This document shows positions 59,918 to 64,000 of a stretch of DNA of 64,000 nt, piece by piece. This DNA comes from an uncultured Planctomycetales bacterium (GTDB lineage Bacteria; Omnitrophota; Gorgyraeia; Gygaellales; Profunditerraquicolaceae): positions 64,438 to 128,437 of the forward strand of contig CAZRVK010000004.1 in the NCBI GenBank assembly GCA_964603585.1. The letters run 5' to 3'. A program made the translations under genes and the position numbers. Each line of letters opens with the position of its first letter. Positions within the stretch are counted from its first letter, which is position 1. The notes beneath the pieces were generated by a model, which worked only from the letters and a program-made list of their open reading frames with translations, was not told the DNA's origin and made no database searches.

Positions 59918-61480
59918 ATGAAGACTTCGGTCGCAGTGGTTGGTGCCGGAAGATGGGGCAGTAATTTAGTGCGGAATTTTGCTGAATTAGGAATATTACG
60001 GACGATTTGTGATCTGGACCGGGAACTTTTATCAGGGTTTTTAAGCAAATATCCTAAAGTTGCCCTGACCGATTCTTATACAAATGTGTTGCAGGATAGA
60101 TCTATCGCGGGGGTAGTCATTGCCACTCCATCGGTTAAACATTATGAGATGGCTTTATCAGCGTTGATAGCAGGGAAACATGTTTTTGTAGAGAAACCAA
60201 TGTCTTTGGATGTATTGCAGGCGAAGGAATTGATCCTTTTGGCTGAAAAGAAAAAACTGGTATTGATGGTAGGGCATTTATTAGAATATCATCCCGCGGT
60301 AATTAAATTAAAGAAAATAATAGATTCTGGCGGTTTAGGCAAGATCAACTATATTTATTCTAACCGGCTTAATCTGGGTAAGGTGCGCAAGGAAGAAAAT
60401 ATTTTATGGAGTTTTGCCCCGCATGATATTTCAGTAGTGCGTATGCTTCTGGAAGAAGATCCAGTAGAAGTCACTGCGGTAGGCGCAAATTATTTAAGCC
60501 CGCAGCTATCAGATATTACGATCTCAACTTTAAGTTTTAAAAACGGGGTCAAGGCGCACATCTTTGTTAGTTGGCTGCATCCTTTCAAAGAACAAAGGCT
60601 GGTAGTAGTTGGGGACAAAAAAATGGCTGTTTTTGAAGATAGCGCAAAGGATAAATTAAAAATTTATGATCAAAGGTTTGTATGGAAGAACCGTGTCCCT
60701 GTCGCGCATACGAAAGGGCAGAAAGTAATAAGATTTGATTCGCGCGAACCTTTAAGGCTGGAATGCCTGCATTTTATAAAATGCATCCGCCAAGAGATCA
60801 CTCCAAAGACTGATGGTAAGAGTGGCCTGAAAGTCTTGGAAGTATTAAAAGCTTGCCAAAAATCATTGGAGAATAGAGGTACACCGGTAAGTTTATCGGA
60901 GTTAGTTCAAGATAAAGATTATTTTGTGCATCCAACGGCAATAGTCGATGATTTTTGTAAAATAGGTCAGGGGTGCAAAATTTGGCATTATTCGCATATT
61001 ATGCGTGGGGCATCCATTGGCCGAAATTGTTCGATAGGCCAAAATGTATATGTTGGATCAAAAGCGGTAATCGGCAATAATGTAAAAATACAAAACAACG
61101 TATCTATTTATGATGGTTTGGTTATAGAAGATAATGTTTTTTGCGGGCCATCCGCAGTTTTTACAAACGTTTTTACTCCCCGGAGTTTCATCGATAGACG
61201 GAATAAATTCCAACTGACGCGTCTATGTACGGGATCTTCCATAGGGGCAAATGCCACAGTGGTTTGTGGCAATAATATCGGCGCTTATGCCCTGGTCGGT
61301 GCTTCTGCTGTGGTTACAAAAAACATCCCTGACTATGCCCTGGTTTATGGCAATCCAGCAAGGATAAAAGGCTGGGTTTGCCAATGCGGGAATAAGTTGC
61401 GGTTTGTAAAGAAATCAGCAACTTGTAACGCATGTGGCAGGCATTATAAAAAAACCTCGAAGCAAGTAAGGATGATATGA
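59918..61480 (+). CDS. Bifunctional fusion of a Gfo/Idh/MocA NAD-dependent sugar oxidoreductase (WbpB-like) and a hexapeptide-repeat N-acetyltransferase (WbpD/PglD-like), with a C-terminal Cys4 zinc ribbon
   Basis: N-terminus SVAVVGAGRWGSNLVRNF...HVFVEKPM. C-terminus left-handed beta-helix repeats (IGQGCKIWHYSHIMRGASIGRNCSIGQNVYVGSKAVIGNNVKIQNNVSIYDG). Tail CQCGNK...CNACGRHY. Confidence 0.7.
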   Translation: MKTSVAVVGAGRWGSNLVRNFAELGILRTICDLDRELLSGFLSKYPKVALTDSYTNVLQDRSIAGVVIATPSVKHYEMALSALIAGKHVFVEKPMSLDVLQAKELILLAEKKKLVLMVGHLLEYHPAVIKLKKIIDSGGLGKINYIYSNRLNLGKVRKEENILWSFAPHDISVVRMLLEEDPVEVTAVGANYLSPQLSDITISTLSFKNGVKAHIFVSWLHPFKEQRLVVVGDKKMAVFEDSAKDKLKIYDQRFVWKNRVPVAHTKGQKVIRFDSREPLRLECLHFIKCIRQEITPKTDGKSGLKVLEVLKACQKSLENRGTPVSLSELVQDKDYFVHPTAIVDDFCKIGQGCKIWHYSHIMRGASIGRNCSIGQNVYVGSKAVIGNNVKIQNNVSIYDGLVIEDNVFCGPSAVFTNVFTPRSFIDRRNKFQLTRLCTGSSIGANATVVCGNNIGAYALVGASAVVTKNIPDYALVYGNPARIKGWVCQCGNKLRFVKKSATCNACGRHYKKTSKQVRMI

Positions 61481-61504
61481 TTAAAGTTATCAATGAGGTA
61501 TCTC

Positions 61505-61533
61505 TGCATTCTTAGAATGCAAACCTTTATTTT
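61505..61533 (+). terminator. Weak hairpin plus T-rich tract downstream of the fusion gene (possible attenuating terminator)
   Basis: tgcattc-tta-gaatgca (7 bp stem) followed by aacctttatttt. Confidence 0.2.
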
Positions 61534-61536
61534 CAA

Positions 61537-64000
61537 ATGTTCCTGACTGCCTTTAAAAGAAAGATCCTTGTGTTTGCTCTAATCGCACTTTTGTCGTGCG
61601 GTATCGGAGTTTATTTTAGGTTGTATCCGATCTTGGGCAAGAATGAGCAAAAAGCCAGGAATATTGCTCAAAAAAAAGTTTATACCTATCTGAAAAATAA
61701 AATAGCCGTTGAGTTTGAAGCAAAATCAGGATACCTGTCAAAACTGCAAAAAACGCGGTTGGTGAATCAAAATTTCCGAAAAATGCTTAGAAGTAATCAT
61801 TCGCAAATAGAATCTATGATTACTGAAGGGAAACAACAGCTTTTAGGTTATGATCCGGATTGGGCTGGATCTTTTCTGCTTGATGGTGATTCTTATTTTT
61901 ACTACAGCCAGACTGAAAGCCTTTGGCATACTAAAAACGTTAAGGAAACGGGAGTCATTTTCGATTCACTCCACCCCTATACCGGGTTTTATCTGCATAA
62001 GATCATATCATTTTTTACTCCGGAAGCATCGGTATTCCACTCAATCCAATATCCCGGTATTATTCTTTCTGTCCTGGCAACCTTATTGTTTATAATTGCT
62101 TGTTATCTGCTTGAGATTTCTCCAGTTGTTACTTTTACCGCCAGCATTTTCTTTTGCTTGTCCGCTTTCTTTACGCAAAAGACAACTTTTGCCTGTTATG
62201 ATACTGATGTATATAATGTGCTATTTCCGGCTGCGATATCCCTTTTTATCTATATTTTCCTAAAAAATTTAAGGCAGAAATCAATAGTTATTGTATCTGC
62301 TGTATGCGCATCTTTTTTGACTGTGGCATATAAAATATTCTGGTCAGGCGGAGGGTATTTTTTTCTGATCATTATTTTATCCGCGCCTTTTTTTTTGTTA
62401 TTGGACCGTAAGCTCAATAATTCTGGTCATACTAAAGCAATATTTACATTCCTGGCCGTATATTTTCTACTCCCATTGATCGGCGCAAGTCTGTTAGGGC
62501 ATAGAATTAATCCTGTGAATATGCTTATTGAAGGAGGGAGTAAACTTGCCCAGTATCATTATTCTACAAATGGTGTCTGGCCGAATATGCTTTTAACAGT
62601 CGCAGAAACTCAACCGTCAACCATCGCTGGATCTGCCTTTCTGCTTTTGGGAAACAAATTACTGTTTTATCTGGCTTGCCTTGGCTGTATAATTTATTTC
62701 CTTCGCTCATTGCGTTCGAAAAACCTGTTTTTAAGCTTTTGCAGTTTATCCGTATTCTTATGGATCGCCTGTATTTCTTTTGTTTCTTTTCGATCATTGC
62801 GTTTTTTGGTCCTTTTGACGTTTCCCATATCGATCTCCTTTACTATGTTCCTGCAATGCCTGTTTATATTTTTGCAGCAAAGGATAAACGGCGGTTTAAA
62901 GATCCGATCTGCTAAGGCAGGTTTTTTTAAAAAAGCGATCCCTGCGGTTATTTTGATATCAGGGATCATTTTACCGCTAAATACTGCAGACAGGTATTTC
63001 TTAAACATACATCCTTTTTTTAACCGGCCTTGGGATGCCGTGCTTTTAAAGATCAAACAAATGACTCCTGGCGATTCTATTATCAATTCATGGTGGTCTC
63101 CGGGCTATCTTGTTTCAGCAGTTGCAAAAAGAAATGTTGTCCTAAATGGAGGGACACAAGGATCTTCGCGGAATTACTGGATGGCAAGGGTTTTTTTGTC
63201 CGATGATGAGAAAACCGCTATAGGATTACTCCGGATGATTGATTTATCCGGAGAGGGGGTAATATATATATTGCGGGATACCTGCGGGATGACTCTTTCA
63301 GAGGCGATTGATTTCACAAAACAGCTTGTTGTCCTGGACAGGCAGTCTGCACGGAAAATCCTGGTATCCCGGGAATTAAAAGAAAAAGACATTGATTTAA
63401 TCCTGAATATGCTGTACCAGAACCCAAAACCGGCATATTTCCTGGTTTATGATGATTTACTAAACGAGTTTTTTACGCTTTCCTATATCGCAAACTGGAG
63501 TTTTAGTGCGATTAATAACAATAAATCAATGGATACGCGTGGTTTCGGTAATAATATAACCGGTATGGTCAAATGTATGATTAAAAGTGACAGCGGTTCC
63601 GTATCCTGCAGCCCGGAGATTAAAGAGGTGTCTCGAGTAGGGGATATTATCGGCTTTGAAAATAATTTTTATTTTAACGTGAGAACGAAAGAAAGTTTTT
63701 TGCTTGATCCTTTAAATAATAATTATGCTCGTATTCAGAGTTTATTTTTTATAGAAAATGGCGAGTTAAGGGAAATCATTTGTGGCCAGGACAATACCAT
63801 ACCTTTTTCCGTGTTAGTTATTGAAAAAGCAGGATCCTACTATTGCATTTTTTTTGATCGTGCTTTTATAAAAACCTTGCTTTTTAAATTGCTTTATCTG
63901 GACGGAAAAGACTTAATCTATTTTACCCCATGGATCACTGAAACAGATCCGATTTCCAGAAAAACAGTGCGTGTTTATAAGATTAACTGGGGACCGCAAA
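61537..64000 (+). CDS. STT3/PglB/AglB-like oligosaccharyltransferase homolog (5' part; the ORF runs off the window end and is absent from the ORF track because it has no stop)
   Basis: Frame-1 ATG at 61537 with no in-frame stop to position 64000 (at least 821 aa). N-terminal polytopic domain with DGDSYFYY in the first extracytoplasmic loop and CYDTDVYN (compare the PglB DxD region YDTDM). Then a soluble domain beginning INSWWSPGYLVS (compare WWDYG). Confidence 0.5.
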   Translation, partial: MFLTAFKRKILVFALIALLSCGIGVYFRLYPILGKNEQKARNIAQKKVYTYLKNKIAVEFEAKSGYLSKLQKTRLVNQNFRKMLRSNHSQIESMITEGKQQLLGYDPDWAGSFLLDGDSYFYYSQTESLWHTKNVKETGVIFDSLHPYTGFYLHKIISFFTPEASVFHSIQYPGIILSVLATLLFIIACYLLEISPVVTFTASIFFCLSAFFTQKTTFACYDTDVYNVLFPAAISLFIYIFLKNLRQKSIVIVSAVCASFLTVAYKIFWSGGGYFFLIIILSAPFFLLLDRKLNNSGHTKAIFTFLAVYFLLPLIGASLLGHRINPVNMLIEGGSKLAQYHYSTNGVWPNMLLTVAETQPSTIAGSAFLLLGNKLLFYLACLGCIIYFLRSLRSKNLFLSFCSLSVFLWIACISFVSFRSLRFLVLLTFPISISFTMFLQCLFIFLQQRINGGLKIRSAKAGFFKKAIPAVILISGIILPLNTADRYFLNIHPFFNRPWDAVLLKIKQMTPGDSIINSWWSPGYLVSAVAKRNVVLNGGTQGSSRNYWMARVFLSDDEKTAIGLLRMIDLSGEGVIYILRDTCGMTLSEAIDFTKQLVVLDRQSARKILVSRELKEKDIDLILNMLYQNPKPAYFLVYDDLLNEFFTLSYIANWSFSAINNNKSMDTRGFGNNITGMVKCMIKSDSGSVSCSPEIKEVSRVGDIIGFENNFYFNVRTKESFLLDPLNNNYARIQSLFFIENGELREIICGQDNTIPFSVLVIEKAGSYYCIFFDRAFIKTLLFKLLYLDGKDLIYFTPWITETDPISRKTVRVYKINWGPQ

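Overview
The window is a densely packed 64 kb stretch of an AT-rich bacterial genome (about 40% GC by eye), and every supportable gene lies on the + strand. The first 7 kb is housekeeping: the priA 3' end, fmt, two tandem GalT-family (HIT-like) genes, gap, a repeat protein and a papain-like peptidase. After a strong terminator (5013-5073) and a promoter-like site upstream of a small MarR-like regulator (7160), about 57 kb is a single glycan-biosynthesis island. It holds a Wzz-like protein, gmd/fcl, two separate nonulosonic-acid (NulO) modules (two NeuB-like synthases, two CMP-NulO synthetases, a NeuC-like epimerase, a PtmE-like CBS-nucleotidyltransferase and an acetamidino-forming WbuX/HisH/HisF trio). 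It also holds a Wzx flippase, Wzy-like and Wzy_C-family membrane proteins, several GT2/GT4 glycosyltransferases and an MBOAT plus DltD-like O-acylation pair. The unusual part is the number of tailoring enzymes: four B12-binding radical SAM enzymes, one further radical SAM enzyme and four or five SAM methyltransferases. The 3' part resembles a pgl-type module with a PglC-like phosphoglycosyltransferase, a PglE-like aminotransferase, a PglF-like membrane dehydratase and a hexapeptide acetyltransferase fused to a Gfo/Idh/MocA oxidoreductase. It ends with an open reading frame that runs off the window and carries STT3/PglB-like oligosaccharyltransferase motifs (YDTD, DGDSYFYY, WWSPGY). The best candidate for a previously undescribed system is therefore a bacterial N-linked (and perhaps O-linked) protein glycosylation island that builds a NulO-containing, radical-SAM-modified glycan. 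A G9 homopolymer inside gmd is a candidate phase-variation switch. No tRNA, rRNA, CRISPR array or transposase was seen.
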